A DNA stretch of 64,000 nt from Nitrospirota bacterium (GTDB taxonomy: Bacteria; Nitrospirota; Nitrospiria; Nitrospirales; Nitrospiraceae): contig CAVPBK010000014.1 in the NCBI GenBank assembly GCA_963701855.1, positions 53,719 through 117,718 on the forward strand, in the 5' to 3' direction. Below the pieces are notes generated by a model, which was given only the letters and a program-made list of their open reading frames with translations, made no database searches and had not been told where the DNA came from. The translations under genes and the position numbers were made by a program. This document shows, one piece after another, positions 8,847-19,058 of the stretch. Within the stretch, counting starts at the first letter, position 1, and every line of letters starts with the position of its first letter.

Positions 8847-9950
8847 TTATTCCGCTTCTTCTGCGTACTCGTCGAGCACAGTGTCTGAGAGATGGGCGAC
8901 ATGCTTTTGCCCTGCCAGCTCACGCAAACTGTCATAGGACAGGTATGTGCAGCTTTCAGCGAGTGGGCCTTTTTCGAGCAGAGAAAACACAGGGCGGCGT
9001 ATCTCTTGGAAGACCTTATCTCGCTTGGCGATAGGGGCAACTATGTGAAGTTTGATGTCCATGTTGGGTTGAAGAGCCAACAGATCTGCCATTCTCAGGA
9101 GGCCGGAGTAAACGGCAGTCGTGTGCTCAACCTCGAATGCGCGGACGATAGATCGACCACGTAGCCATATAACATCGATCTGTTCGATCGTGCGAAGTGT
9201 GGTGTCGTCGTAGTTGAGCGGTAGGCGCTCTAGTAAGAGTTGGCCATCGTTCTTCCACTCCTTAAGCACGCCACCGCGGTCGGCGCGGGGGAGCCAGATG
9301 GACATGCCCATTCGTGCTCCGATCTGAGCGATGAGGGATTGGATTCGAATTGACTCTCGGGCTTCTGCTTCCTGCGGCGCTGACACATCTTCAGTGGGAG
9401 CTGCATCTTCAGGAACAGATACTGTGACTACTTTGTCAGGCCGGTTGACAGTGTGTGTTGCTAATTTCTTCCGCTCGGCTTCGTCAAGCGCATAGACCTG
9501 GTGGGAATTAGCCTGTGTGGTCAGCGCATCCGCCAAGAACTTGCCGTCCTTATCGTCAAGCTTAACAAGGCTACCGCGGACCTTGCCGGTCCACCCAATG
9601 GACCCCTTCTCAAGCGATCGAGTGAACGAAAGGCCATTCCATACTTTGTCATCGTGAATGGGGAGTGCTTGGTCGATTGGTAGCCACACCTTGGGTCGGA
9701 CGCGGAAGCGAACAACAAAAGGGTCGTTCTCTGGAAGGAAGATCGGCTTGTTATCGATGAAGGGGCCTTCAAGGATCTCGAGAAGTCCGCACCAGCGCGA
9801 CACTCGAGTTACGTAGCACGCAAACATGTCGCCTGGCTTGATTCGATCAGCCATTCCCTTGTGCCGCATTCGGAAGCCTGATATGTCTTGGGTCGAGCGG
9901 CCGAAGGCTTCATACGTTTCAGGTGAAAAAAGATCGATGTAGTAAGCCAT
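8847..9950 (-). CDS. EVE-domain protein with C-terminal PD-(D/E)XK-like nuclease; candidate modification-dependent restriction enzyme
   Basis: N-terminal EVE/PUA-like region (IKPGD..CYV); C-terminal IDVIW..AFEVEHTT..YSGLLRMADL. Confidence 0.7.
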   Translation of the reverse strand: MAYYIDLFSPETYEAFGRSTQDISGFRMRHKGMADRIKPGDMFACYVTRVSRWCGLLEILEGPFIDNKPIFLPENDPFVVRFRVRPKVWLPIDQALPIHDDKVWNGLSFTRSLEKGSIGWTGKVRGSLVKLDDKDGKFLADALTTQANSHQVYALDEAERKKLATHTVNRPDKVVTVSVPEDAAPTEDVSAPQEAEARESIRIQSLIAQIGARMGMSIWLPRADRGGVLKEWKNDGQLLLERLPLNYDDTTLRTIEQIDVIWLRGRSIVRAFEVEHTTAVYSGLLRMADLLALQPNMDIKLHIVAPIAKRDKVFQEIRRPVFSLLEKGPLAESCTYLSYDSLRELAGQKHVAHLSDTVLDEYAEEAE

Positions 9951-10249
9951 AGTGCTATTGGGCGATATCTAGCTATTAGGTCTGCCGCAGTCTACCCGTA
10001 TAGCATAGCAAGGCGGTCTCAGGAGTCTGTTGTGGGGGAGTCTACTGCAAAGTCCAATGCGTATCTACTGCTCATCATCAGAATGGTCCGTCTAAGCTCG
10101 CTCGTTACCCCTTCCTCTTTCATTTCATGTTTCGAGCTTCTTTCTCCTTCCCTCGCAGGAAGCCCGGATTGCTCCCTCACCGCCCGCATCTTTTATTAGC
10201 CACCCCTTTCCCCACGACTTTCTTTATAAAAGGGTATCCGTGGTGGTCC

Positions 10250-10415
10250 CACTGCGCCCGTTGAGCGAGCACATTCTGATCGTGCGCGCTCCGGGAGCAG
10301 TGGGCCACACTGATTTTCTTAATCGCTCTTTTTCCCTCCGCAGGGGGTAGCCCGGTTGAATCCCCCACTGTGCGCGTCCAACGAGGGCCTTCCGAGGCCG
10401 CGCGTTGCGCGAGCA
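10250..10415. repeat. two copies of a ~50-bp dispersed hairpin-embedded repeat core
   Basis: Cores at 10250-10301 and 10366-10415 match 33714-33763, 36737-36787, 38021-38070 and 49313-49364. Confidence 0.75.
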
Positions 10416-10518
10416 AAGGGGGTTCACCGGACACCCCCCTCTCTATTGACTGCCCTTTCCCCCCGCTCCTATAATCCCCTCAAGTTTCTTCCTACAACGC
10501 GCTGATTCAGCTAGCAAA

Positions 10519-11016
10519 ATGGCAGAACTTACGCACTTCAACGAGTCGGGACGGGCGAGGATGGTCGATGTTAGCGCGAAAGACTCGACTGAACGGGTTG
10601 CGACAGCTCAGGCTACAGTCTTTCTCCAGCCGGAAACCCTTGAAAAAATTCAACGGGGCAAGATTGCCAAAGGCGATGTCTTGTCCGTCGCGCAGGTGGC
10701 TGGGGTAATGGGAGCCAAGAAGACTCCGGACCTCATTCCCATGTGCCATCCGATTCTTCTCACCAGCGTTGATATCTCATTCAAAGAAGAGACTCGGCCG
10801 GATCGGGAAGGCCGCTGCTCGATCACCATTCTGGCAACGGCTAAAACGACGGGGCCAACCGGGGTGGAGATGGAAGCGATGACCGCGGCCTCGGTGGCGG
10901 CGCTCACGATCTATGATATGTGCAAAGCAGTGGATCGCGGGATGAGCTTCAGTGACATCTGCTTACTTTCAAAATCTGGTGGGAAATCAGGATCATTTAC
11001 AAGGCAATACGGTTAA
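10519..11016 (+). CDS. moaC: cyclic pyranopterin monophosphate synthase MoaC
   Basis: MVDVSAK, LIPMCHP, TGVEMEA, IYDMCKAVD. Confidence 0.97.
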   Translation: MAELTHFNESGRARMVDVSAKDSTERVATAQATVFLQPETLEKIQRGKIAKGDVLSVAQVAGVMGAKKTPDLIPMCHPILLTSVDISFKEETRPDREGRCSITILATAKTTGPTGVEMEAMTAASVAALTIYDMCKAVDRGMSFSDICLLSKSGGKSGSFTRQYG

Positions 11017-11044
11017 TACTTCAAGTAAATATTAAGGATATTTA

Positions 11045-11746
11045 GTGGTCACGGTTCGCCTCTTTGGGATGACGAAAATGATGGCAGGGAATCAGGGAAC
11101 ATTGTCCCTGGATCTCGCCAATGGTAGTCGGGTGAAAGACCTCATCAGCGGATTAGAAACTGGGTACCCCGCTATCGGGGAGCTGATTCAGAAGAAGAAG
11201 ATTCTGGTGTCTGTGAATCAGGAGGTCGCCCACGAGGAGACGGAAATTCGAGACGGCGACGAGGTGGCGTTGTTGCCTCCTTTTGCCGGTGGAACATTCA
11301 CAATGAATGATACACATGACGACACCCAGTTTGTCCGTGTGCAGCGGGAAGATTTTTCCGTCGATGCGGAGATCAATCGGGTGCGAGGCAAGTCGAAGCG
11401 CATCGGTGGCATCTCGATTTTTCTCGGAACGGCACGCGATCGGTCCAAGGGCCGCGAGGTAGATAGCATCACCTTCGAGCATTATGAAGGGATGGCTCAA
11501 GCGAAACTACGCGAGATCCGCGAGCGGGCGTTGAAGGATTTTGACATCATTGAGGTTGCGATCCTCCACCGGTATGGCGAAATCGGCATCGGCGATAACA
11601 TCGTGTTGATTGTCGTGGGGGCTGAGCATCGGGCCGAAGCGTTCCGCGCCTGCCAGTGGACAATCGATGAATTGAAACGAATTACGCCGATCTGGAAACT
11701 TGAACACACGCCGGAAGGCGAAGTCTGGGTTGAGGAACACCCCTAG
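11045..11746 (+). CDS. fused molybdopterin synthase MoaD-MoaE (MoaX-like)
   Basis: Ubiquitin-like domain ending PPFAGG, in frame with a MoaE domain (FLGTARD, HRYG, PIWKLE). Confidence 0.9.
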   Translation: MVTVRLFGMTKMMAGNQGTLSLDLANGSRVKDLISGLETGYPAIGELIQKKKILVSVNQEVAHEETEIRDGDEVALLPPFAGGTFTMNDTHDDTQFVRVQREDFSVDAEINRVRGKSKRIGGISIFLGTARDRSKGREVDSITFEHYEGMAQAKLREIRERALKDFDIIEVAILHRYGEIGIGDNIVLIVVGAEHRAEAFRACQWTIDELKRITPIWKLEHTPEGEVWVEEHP

Positions 11747-11785
11747 GGACGTGAGGGGCAAGGCGTAAAAGGCGAACCAAGAGTT

Positions 11786-12850
11786 ATGAGTGAATCATCA
11801 AAAGATACTGTTCAAGCTGCCGTTGCTGATGTTTTCGGACGGCCCTTGCGCAGTTTGCGTTTGTCCGTGACGGATCGGTGCAATCTCCGTTGCTCGTACT
11901 GCATGCCGGAGGAGAACTATGTCTGGCTGCCACGCGAGGATGTGCTGACCCTTGAAGAAATGGCGATACTGACCGGCTATTTCACCGACCTCGGTGTAGA
12001 TCGTGTGCGGATAACCGGTGGAGAGCCATTGCTTCGACGTGGTTTATCCGGGCTGATTCGCCTGTTGCGCCAAAATCAGCGAGTAACGGATATCGCCATG
12101 ACGACGAACGGCATTCTTCTGGCAGACTATGCTGAGGAGCTGTATGAGGCAGGGCTACACCGTATCACGGTCAGTCTCGATACGCTGAGACCGGAACGAT
12201 TCCATCAACTAACCCGTCATGATGAGCATGCGCGTGTATTGGAAGGGATTACGTCGATGACTCGCGCAGGGTTCATCGGCCTGAAGCTCGATACGGTGGC
12301 GATTCGGGGTTTCAATGACGATGAGCTGGTCGATCTGATCGAGTTCGGCAAGCAAGTGCAGGCAGAGGTTCGGTTTATCGAATATATGGACGTCGGTGGG
12401 GCGAATGAGTGGTCTCAAGAAAAAGTGTTTTCCCGATCCGCGATGCTGGCGACGCTGAGTGCCCACTATGGGACAATCGAACCGATGCCTGAGCGGGGGG
12501 CTGCGCCGGCACAGCGATTTCTGCTGCCTGATGGGACGATCTTTGGGATTATTCCTTCGACGACCACGCCGTTCTGTGCGACGTGCGATCGCAGCCGTGT
12601 CACTGCCGATGGCATGTGGTACCGCTGTCTGTATGCGACGACGGGAACGGATTTGCGCAAGTCCCTTCGCGCCGGCGCCTCGGATGACGAGATACGGGCC
12701 TTGATCCGCGCCGGCTGGGAAAGCCGTCGTGATCGGGGTGCGGAAGAGCGCAAATTGCTTGAACGGGATGGGTTGCGTGTCGGGGGGCTCATCGGTATTG
12801 AAAAGCTTCGCGAAGACCCCCATCTCGAAATGCATGCTCGAGGCGGCTGA
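11786..12850 (+). CDS. moaA: GTP 3',8-cyclase MoaA
   Basis: LRLSVTDRCNLRCSYCMP, FCATCDR..CLY, C-terminal GG. Confidence 0.97.
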   Translation: MSESSKDTVQAAVADVFGRPLRSLRLSVTDRCNLRCSYCMPEENYVWLPREDVLTLEEMAILTGYFTDLGVDRVRITGGEPLLRRGLSGLIRLLRQNQRVTDIAMTTNGILLADYAEELYEAGLHRITVSLDTLRPERFHQLTRHDEHARVLEGITSMTRAGFIGLKLDTVAIRGFNDDELVDLIEFGKQVQAEVRFIEYMDVGGANEWSQEKVFSRSAMLATLSAHYGTIEPMPERGAAPAQRFLLPDGTIFGIIPSTTTPFCATCDRSRVTADGMWYRCLYATTGTDLRKSLRAGASDDEIRALIRAGWESRRDRGAEERKLLERDGLRVGGLIGIEKLREDPHLEMHARGG

Positions 12851-12900
12851 CGTCCTATCTGCTGTTAACACTTGTGTCGGCTGATCCCTGTTGATCTCTC

Positions 12901-13608
12901 ATGCTGGACACTGAATTCCTGACCATTTTAGGACTTGGGTTGGTGCTGGGGCTTCGCCATGCCTTGGACACAGACCATTTAGCTGCCGTATCCACGGTGC
13001 TGGCGCAACGGCCTTCGCTCCGCGCATCCGGTATGATTGGATTTAGCTGGGGGCTTGGGCATACAGTCGTTTTGCTGTTGGCCGGGGCAGCGGTGTTGGT
13101 GCTTCGTGTATCGATTCCTGAACCTTTCGCGTTGGCGGCTGAGTTCGGTGTCGGCGTCATGCTCGTGTTTCTCGGCGGAATACTCGCGGTGCGGTTAGTC
13201 CGGGAACGCTGGCACGTGCATACGCACGACCATGATGGTGAACGGCATGTGCACCTGCATAGTCATGCGCTGGCCAAAGATCATGGGCATATACACTGGT
13301 GGCGTGATTCCATTCGACCGTTCTGTATCGGCATGGCCCATGGTCTGGCCGGGTCAGCGGCATTGTTGTTGATCGTGCTGTCGTCTGCGCGATCGGTGCC
13401 GGAAGGGCTACTCTATATTGCGGTGTTCGGGTTTGGCTCGATCATGGGGATGGTGCTGGTCGGGATAGTCGTGAGCCTTCCAGTCTTGTGGTCGCTGAAC
13501 ATCGGGCGGCCTGTTTTTCTTGCGGTCCAGGGGCTCGCGAGTCTTGGGAGCGTTGCCGTCGGACTGACCATGATGTTTCAAATCGCCTTCGGCGGTCAGC
13601 TTTTCTGA
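12901..13608 (+). CDS. UreH/NiCoT-like metal (Ni/Co) transporter
   Basis: RHALDTDH, GLGHT, His-rich loop, HGLAGS; about six TM helices. Confidence 0.8.
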   Translation: MLDTEFLTILGLGLVLGLRHALDTDHLAAVSTVLAQRPSLRASGMIGFSWGLGHTVVLLLAGAAVLVLRVSIPEPFALAAEFGVGVMLVFLGGILAVRLVRERWHVHTHDHDGERHVHLHSHALAKDHGHIHWWRDSIRPFCIGMAHGLAGSAALLLIVLSSARSVPEGLLYIAVFGFGSIMGMVLVGIVVSLPVLWSLNIGRPVFLAVQGLASLGSVAVGLTMMFQIAFGGQLF

Positions 13609-13797
13609 CGCCTCACCGGCACGGTCAGCGATGGGAAATCTACGTGCGTGATGAGGGCGGCTATGGTATTCTGCCGTCCTCGTGGTTAGTGAGCGAGACG
13701 GGCGGGAAACGCGCGATTTGCAAAGATGACACTTCCGACCTGTCCCGTTTTTCTCGCAAGTCTCGCGAGTCCCGCTTGCGACTAATAAGAGTGTGGC

Positions 13798-14634
13798 ATG
13801 GCTTGGTTTAAAAAACAGAAAACGGTTGAGCCTGAACCTCCAAAGCGGTCCAAGATCTCTGAGGGGATGTGGCTCAAGTGTAATCATTGCCGAGAAATCG
13901 TCTATCGCAAAGAAGTCGAGCGTAATAATAAGGTCTGCCCGAAGTGCGATTATCATTTCCCCATTTCTGTCATGGAGCGCATTGGGCTCTTGGTCGATCT
14001 CGGGACGTTCATAGAGTGGGATGCGGAGATCGGTCCCCAGGATCCGCTGAACTTTCAGGATACGAAGTCTTACAAGGATCGTGTGAAGGCGCATCAGGGG
14101 AAGACCGGCCGTAAAGATGCCATGGTGATCGGCGAAGGGATGATGAACGGCAGGCGTGTGGTGCTCTGTGTGTTTGACTTCAGTTTTATGGGTGGAAGCA
14201 TGGGGTCGGTTGTCGGGGAAAAGATCTGCCGGGCGATCGATCGCGCGTTGGAGGCCAGGTTGCCGGTCATTTTGGTTACGACCTCCGGAGGAGCCAGGAT
14301 GCAAGAGGGGATTCTCTCCCTGATGCAGATGGCCAAGACTGCTGCCGCTGTCGCCAAGCTGGGCGAGGCCAAACTCCCGTTTATTTGTCTGTTAGCCGAT
14401 CCCACATTCGGAGGCGTCACCGCCAGTGTCGCGATGTTGGGGGATGTGATTCTGGCCGAACCAAAAGCGCTGATCGGCTTTGCCGGTCCCCGCGTTATCG
14501 AACAGACTATAAAGCAGCAGCTGCCGGATCAGTTTCAGCGAGCGGAGTTTCTGTTAGAGCATGGCATGATCGATATGATTGTGGAGCGCCGACAGCTGAA
14601 AGAAACCCTAAGCACCCTCGTCGCGCATTTTTGA
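13798..14634 (+). CDS. accD: acetyl-CoA carboxylase carboxyltransferase beta subunit
   Basis: Zn finger [33 protein letters not shown]. Confidence 0.97.
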   Translation: MAWFKKQKTVEPEPPKRSKISEGMWLKCNHCREIVYRKEVERNNKVCPKCDYHFPISVMERIGLLVDLGTFIEWDAEIGPQDPLNFQDTKSYKDRVKAHQGKTGRKDAMVIGEGMMNGRRVVLCVFDFSFMGGSMGSVVGEKICRAIDRALEARLPVILVTTSGGARMQEGILSLMQMAKTAAAVAKLGEAKLPFICLLADPTFGGVTASVAMLGDVILAEPKALIGFAGPRVIEQTIKQQLPDQFQRAEFLLEHGMIDMIVERRQLKETLSTLVAHF

Positions 14635-14688
14635 GTCCGGACCTTTCATGAAGAATCCTGGCTAGCCTCCCCCCTGCCTGGTTACACC

Positions 14689-15984
14689 ATGACCTATTCC
14701 TCTGCCGTAGCTTATTTGTATCGCCTGCAAAAGCATGGCATTAAACTGGGTCTTACGACGATGACGGCATTGATGGTGCGTCTCGGCATGCCGCAGACCC
14801 GGTACCGTGCATTGCACATCGCCGGCACGAATGGAAAGGGCTCCACCGCGGCCATGGTCGCCGCGATGTTGCAGGCGGCAGGGCATCGAGTGGGGCTCTA
14901 CACCTCGCCTCATCTTGTAGAGTTTCGAGAGCGGATACGGGTAAACGGCGAGATGATTACTGAATTGCAGGTGGCACGGTTGACCGAACAACTTCAGGCT
15001 CTTTGCCAACCGGACCTGTCACCGACCTTCTTTGAATATACGACGGCGATGGCGTTTCAGCACTTTGCCGACTTAGATGTGGACATAGCCGTATTGGAGG
15101 TTGGATTGGGCGGCAGATTTGATGCCACCAATGTGGTGACACCTATGGCCTGTGCGATCACGACGATTTCTATCGATCATCAGGAGTATCTGGGGAACAC
15201 ATGTTCAGCGATTGCTTTCGAGAAGGCAGGCATTATCAAGCCGGGGGTGCCGGTGGTGACGGGGAGGCTCGAAGATGACGCATGGCGGACGATCGAACAA
15301 GTAGCCGGGGAACGGCAGGCCCCGGTGTTTCGGATGAATGAGGATTTTTGCACAGAGGGAGAGACGCCTCAGCAATTTTCCTATCGCGGGCCGGGCATGC
15401 ACTATGACGGACTGACCTGTGCCCTGGAGGGCCGCCATCAACTGGATAATGCTGCCTGTGCGCTGGCGCTGTTGGGGGCGGCGGCTTCTCAAGGGATTAC
15501 TGTCACGGTTGAGGCGGTGCGAGCGGGCTTGCGTGCGGTCAACTGGGCCGGACGGTTGGAAGTGGTCGATCGACGTCCGACGATTCTGCTGGATGGCGCG
15601 CATAATCCTGCTGCCGCAATGGCCTTGGCAGACTATCTCACGCGCTCTGATCGATCTCATCCGTCCCACCCTGTGGTCTTGGTCCTTGGGATGATGCGTG
15701 ACAAGGATCATGGAGGCTTTGTCGAACCGCTCAGAGGCCTAGTCGATGAGGTGGTGTTGACGCAGGCGGATCTTCCACGCTCTGCCACAGCGCAGGAGCT
15801 CCAAGCTTCGCTGGAAGGTCTGCTATCTCACCCGCATGTCGTGTCGTCGCTCAGCGATGCGATGGCACTGGCCAAACAGCTGGCGACGCCGGAAGGTCTG
15901 GTCTGTGTGACGGGATCGCTCATGCTCGTGGGGGAGTGCAAGGCATGGCTCCGTGGCTGTGGGCTTTCTCCGCTTCGGGGCTAG
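14689..15984 (+). CDS. folC: folylpolyglutamate synthase/dihydrofolate synthase
   Basis: HIAGTNGKGST, YTSPHL, EVGLGGRFDATN, DGAHN. Confidence 0.96.
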   Translation: MTYSSAVAYLYRLQKHGIKLGLTTMTALMVRLGMPQTRYRALHIAGTNGKGSTAAMVAAMLQAAGHRVGLYTSPHLVEFRERIRVNGEMITELQVARLTEQLQALCQPDLSPTFFEYTTAMAFQHFADLDVDIAVLEVGLGGRFDATNVVTPMACAITTISIDHQEYLGNTCSAIAFEKAGIIKPGVPVVTGRLEDDAWRTIEQVAGERQAPVFRMNEDFCTEGETPQQFSYRGPGMHYDGLTCALEGRHQLDNAACALALLGAAASQGITVTVEAVRAGLRAVNWAGRLEVVDRRPTILLDGAHNPAAAMALADYLTRSDRSHPSHPVVLVLGMMRDKDHGGFVEPLRGLVDEVVLTQADLPRSATAQELQASLEGLLSHPHVVSSLSDAMALAKQLATPEGLVCVTGSLMLVGECKAWLRGCGLSPLRG

Positions 15985-15985
15985 C

Positions 15986-18430
15986 ATGGGAGGAATCGCG
16001 ACGCGGCTGTGGATTGGTCTGGTCGGTTGGTTGATGTTGGGAATACTGCTTCCACAGGCCGGGAGTGCTGCAGCGACAACGACATCCTCCGAGGGTCCCC
16101 CGCTCGATATTAGGGCAGAACGAATCGAGTATCTACCGGAATCAGAAGTCTACGAGGCGGACGGTTCGGTAGTGGTTACCCAGGGCGCTATCCGTCTGAC
16201 GGCCGATCACATGACCATTCAGACGTTACCCGGCATATTGATTGCCACGGGCCATGTTCGGCTCACCGATCCCAAGGCCGATCTTGTGACCGAACGGTTG
16301 GAACTCAACGTGAATACCGAGGCTGGGGTGGTCACTCACGGACAGGTGCATCTCAAATCTACGAATACCTCGGTGGAGGGACGTCTTATTCAACGGTTTT
16401 CAGAGGAGCATTATCGGGTGAAAGAGGGCCGGTTTACGAACTGCGATGCGCAGGCAGGTGAAACGCCGGCCTGGCGGTTTAAGTTCAAGGATCTGGACAT
16501 GCATGTCGGAGACAACGTGGCGTTTACGGGTGGATGGCTCTGTGTGAACGATGTCCCGGTGATTCCGATTCCCACGTTGACGTTTCCGCTCTCCAGGCGA
16601 CGCACTGGGTTCCTCATTCCCAATGTGGGGTACGACAATCGTTTTGGTATGCACCTCCAACAAAGCTTCTTTTGGGCCATCACTCCTAGCCAGGACCTGA
16701 CGATTTCCCCGCAATACTATTCGAAACTCGGGTATGGCAGTGATTTCCAATATCGGTATGTGCTGGACAAGCAATCGCGTGGGCAGTGGTTCGTCAGCGC
16801 TTTGCAGCAGACAGAATTGCCGGGCGTGTCCGGCGCGAGCCAGACGGGACAGGATGCGCACCAGGCTCGGGCTCTGATCATCGGGACCCATACACAGCAA
16901 TTCACGCCGGACTTGTTGCTTCGTGTAAAAGCCAACCTGGTGACCGATGCGAACTATCTGCAACAACTGAGTAACTCGGGGGCCCAGCGGGCTCTTCCCA
17001 GCACCGAGTCGAGCCTTTTAGCGAATCAACGTCTGGCTTTCGGAAACACGTATTTGCTTAGTCAGTACCTGCAGCCGTTGGGATCGGGAGGAGTAGATAC
17101 GTTTCAGCGCCTGCCGGAAATCGGCTACAGTCTGCCCAATCTCCCATTATTCAATTCGCCGATCTTGCTAGGCACGGATACAAATTTCGTAAACTTTTAT
17201 CGTGAACAGGGATTTACCCAGAATCGAATCGATCTTTTGCCTGGACTGTCGACCGACGTCCTGGATTTCGGCCACATAGTGGGTATAACGCCTCAAGTGA
17301 AAGTGCGCGAAGCCTACTACACGCGAGGGGTACAAAGTTCTGAAAGCCAGCATCGTGAGACATTTTGGGCTGGGCTTGATGCGACATCGAAGCTGAGTCG
17401 CCGGTTTGGAACGAGCGAAGGCAATACCTTGCTGCATACCATTGAGCCCAGCGTGATGTATGAATATGTCCCGCCGACCGCACAGGAGCAAATTACTCAG
17501 ATCGATCAGGTCGACAATCTGCCGAAGAAAAATCTGATGACCTATATGCTCCGCAACAGGCTGTTGGAACAAGATGGCAAGAGCAGCTTTAATTGGCTCG
17601 ACTTCACGCTGGCTCAGAGCTATCAGGTCGGGGCGGTACAGACGCAGGCGCGCAATTTCACATCTGGAGCGATTCCCCCGTTCGGAACCGTGACACAGCC
17701 GTTACAGCCAGCGACCACGGCGGTCGAGGGGAAGAAACTTTCCGACCTCTGGATGCGGGTCGTGATCGGCAATACGACTCCTCAGCTCACGCAGGCTCAG
17801 TTAGCTGGCACCGCGGTTGGCCAGGGTGCCTGGATAGTTCCCGGTCAACAGCCTGCCATAAACCAGTATCTGACCGTCGATGCGTTTTTCGATCCCTACC
17901 AAGCGTCAGTGAGTCAATTCAATACCGACTTCAGGGTCCAGCAGTCCAACTACTGGTATCTCCAAGTGGGGCAGCGTTTCACGCATGATGGTAATCGCGT
18001 GCAACGCGGAGACGTATGGAATCCGATTTCGTTTAGTCAGGTCTACGCCCCAACTCCTGAGATTGAATTTCTCACAGCGGGAGGGGCGTTTCGTATGCCG
18101 TGGGGGTGGACGATTGGGGCAAAGGCTTACTACGATGTGAAGAATGGCAGGAGTCCGGAGTATGATATCGTCGGTTTGTACCAGAATCCCTGCAAGTGTT
18201 GGTCGCTGGGGCTCTATATTGTGGAGTTCCCTGATCGTCAACAGTATAACTTCATGCTCAATTTAACTGGAATTGGATGGACTCAAAACTTCGGAACGGC
18301 TCTCGTTAAAAATATTCTCAGTCCGTTGCTTATTGGGGAGAAAGGTCTGCCCTGGGCTAGCCCGGGAGGGCCGTACGGGACGCCACAATCGGACATGCCT
18401 CAGCCTGAGATGGGAGGGATTGGACGATGA
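15986..18430 (+). CDS. lptD: LPS-assembly protein LptD
   Basis: Signal peptide, N-terminal jellyroll, FTNC..PAW, RRTGFLIP, QRLPE, HTIEP, CKCW. Confidence 0.88.
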   Translation: MGGIATRLWIGLVGWLMLGILLPQAGSAAATTTSSEGPPLDIRAERIEYLPESEVYEADGSVVVTQGAIRLTADHMTIQTLPGILIATGHVRLTDPKADLVTERLELNVNTEAGVVTHGQVHLKSTNTSVEGRLIQRFSEEHYRVKEGRFTNCDAQAGETPAWRFKFKDLDMHVGDNVAFTGGWLCVNDVPVIPIPTLTFPLSRRRTGFLIPNVGYDNRFGMHLQQSFFWAITPSQDLTISPQYYSKLGYGSDFQYRYVLDKQSRGQWFVSALQQTELPGVSGASQTGQDAHQARALIIGTHTQQFTPDLLLRVKANLVTDANYLQQLSNSGAQRALPSTESSLLANQRLAFGNTYLLSQYLQPLGSGGVDTFQRLPEIGYSLPNLPLFNSPILLGTDTNFVNFYREQGFTQNRIDLLPGLSTDVLDFGHIVGITPQVKVREAYYTRGVQSSESQHRETFWAGLDATSKLSRRFGTSEGNTLLHTIEPSVMYEYVPPTAQEQITQIDQVDNLPKKNLMTYMLRNRLLEQDGKSSFNWLDFTLAQSYQVGAVQTQARNFTSGAIPPFGTVTQPLQPATTAVEGKKLSDLWMRVVIGNTTPQLTQAQLAGTAVGQGAWIVPGQQPAINQYLTVDAFFDPYQASVSQFNTDFRVQQSNYWYLQVGQRFTHDGNRVQRGDVWNPISFSQVYAPTPEIEFLTAGGAFRMPWGWTIGAKAYYDVKNGRSPEYDIVGLYQNPCKCWSLGLYIVEFPDRQQYNFMLNLTGIGWTQNFGTALVKNILSPLLIGEKGLPWASPGGPYGTPQSDMPQPEMGGIGR

Positions 18431-18460
18431 ACAAGTTTTTGCGCGTGATGCGCGAGGACT

Positions 18461-18548
18461 GCTAGTTTTTCTTGTTTACTTGGTCTACTTGGTTTGTTTG
18501 GTTGAATTAGGCTAACCAGATGTACAAAACAAGCTAGATCAACCAACC
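18461..18548. repeat. degenerate 9-mer tandem repeat forming an imperfect inverted repeat
   Basis: TTGGTYTRY-type units followed by AACCAGA/AACAAG units; same family at 5024-5077, 20750-20822 and 48493-48636. Confidence 0.65.
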
Positions 18549-18689
18549 TCGTCCGTTTCGCCTCGTCATTCTGCTTGCTCTGGTGGAGTCATGCGCCGGT
18601 CCGGCGGATTTGACTCCTCGAAGAGGCCTGGTATACGATGCGGGCCGGTTCAAATTTTTATCATGTACTCAGCGAAGGAGGAATCTGAC

Positions 18690-19037
18690 GTGGCAGGTGA
18701 TGCACTCAAAGTCGAAGATGCAACGTGGGATGCAGAGGTCATAAAATCTTCCGAACTCGTGATGGTAGATTTTTGGGCTGTCTGGTGCGGTCCTTGCCAG
18801 ATGGTCGCTCCGGTCATCGAAGAATTGAGCAAAGAGTATGCGGGAAAGATGAAGGTACGGAAGCTCAATACCGATGAAAACCCAGAGGTCGCAGGCCGCT
18901 ATCAGGTGATGAGTATCCCGACAATTCTGTTTTTCAAGAATGGGCAGGTTGTGGAGAAACTCGTTGGGGCGCGACCGAAGCGTCAGTTCAAGGACATGAT
19001 CGATTCGTTGCTGGCGCAACCAGCCGGCTCAGCCTAA
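18690..19037 (+). CDS. trxA: thioredoxin
   Basis: WCGPC active site; AAGGAGG RBS before GTG. Confidence 0.96.
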   Translation: MAGDALKVEDATWDAEVIKSSELVMVDFWAVWCGPCQMVAPVIEELSKEYAGKMKVRKLNTDENPEVAGRYQVMSIPTILFFKNGQVVEKLVGARPKRQFKDMIDSLLAQPAGSA

Positions 19038-19058
19038 GGATTGTAGTCACCTGCCGCA

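Noticed and set aside
10177..10434. Short ORFs in repeat regions (also 33596..33964, 36765..37121, 48401..48616)
   Set aside because: They are translations of the dispersed repeats
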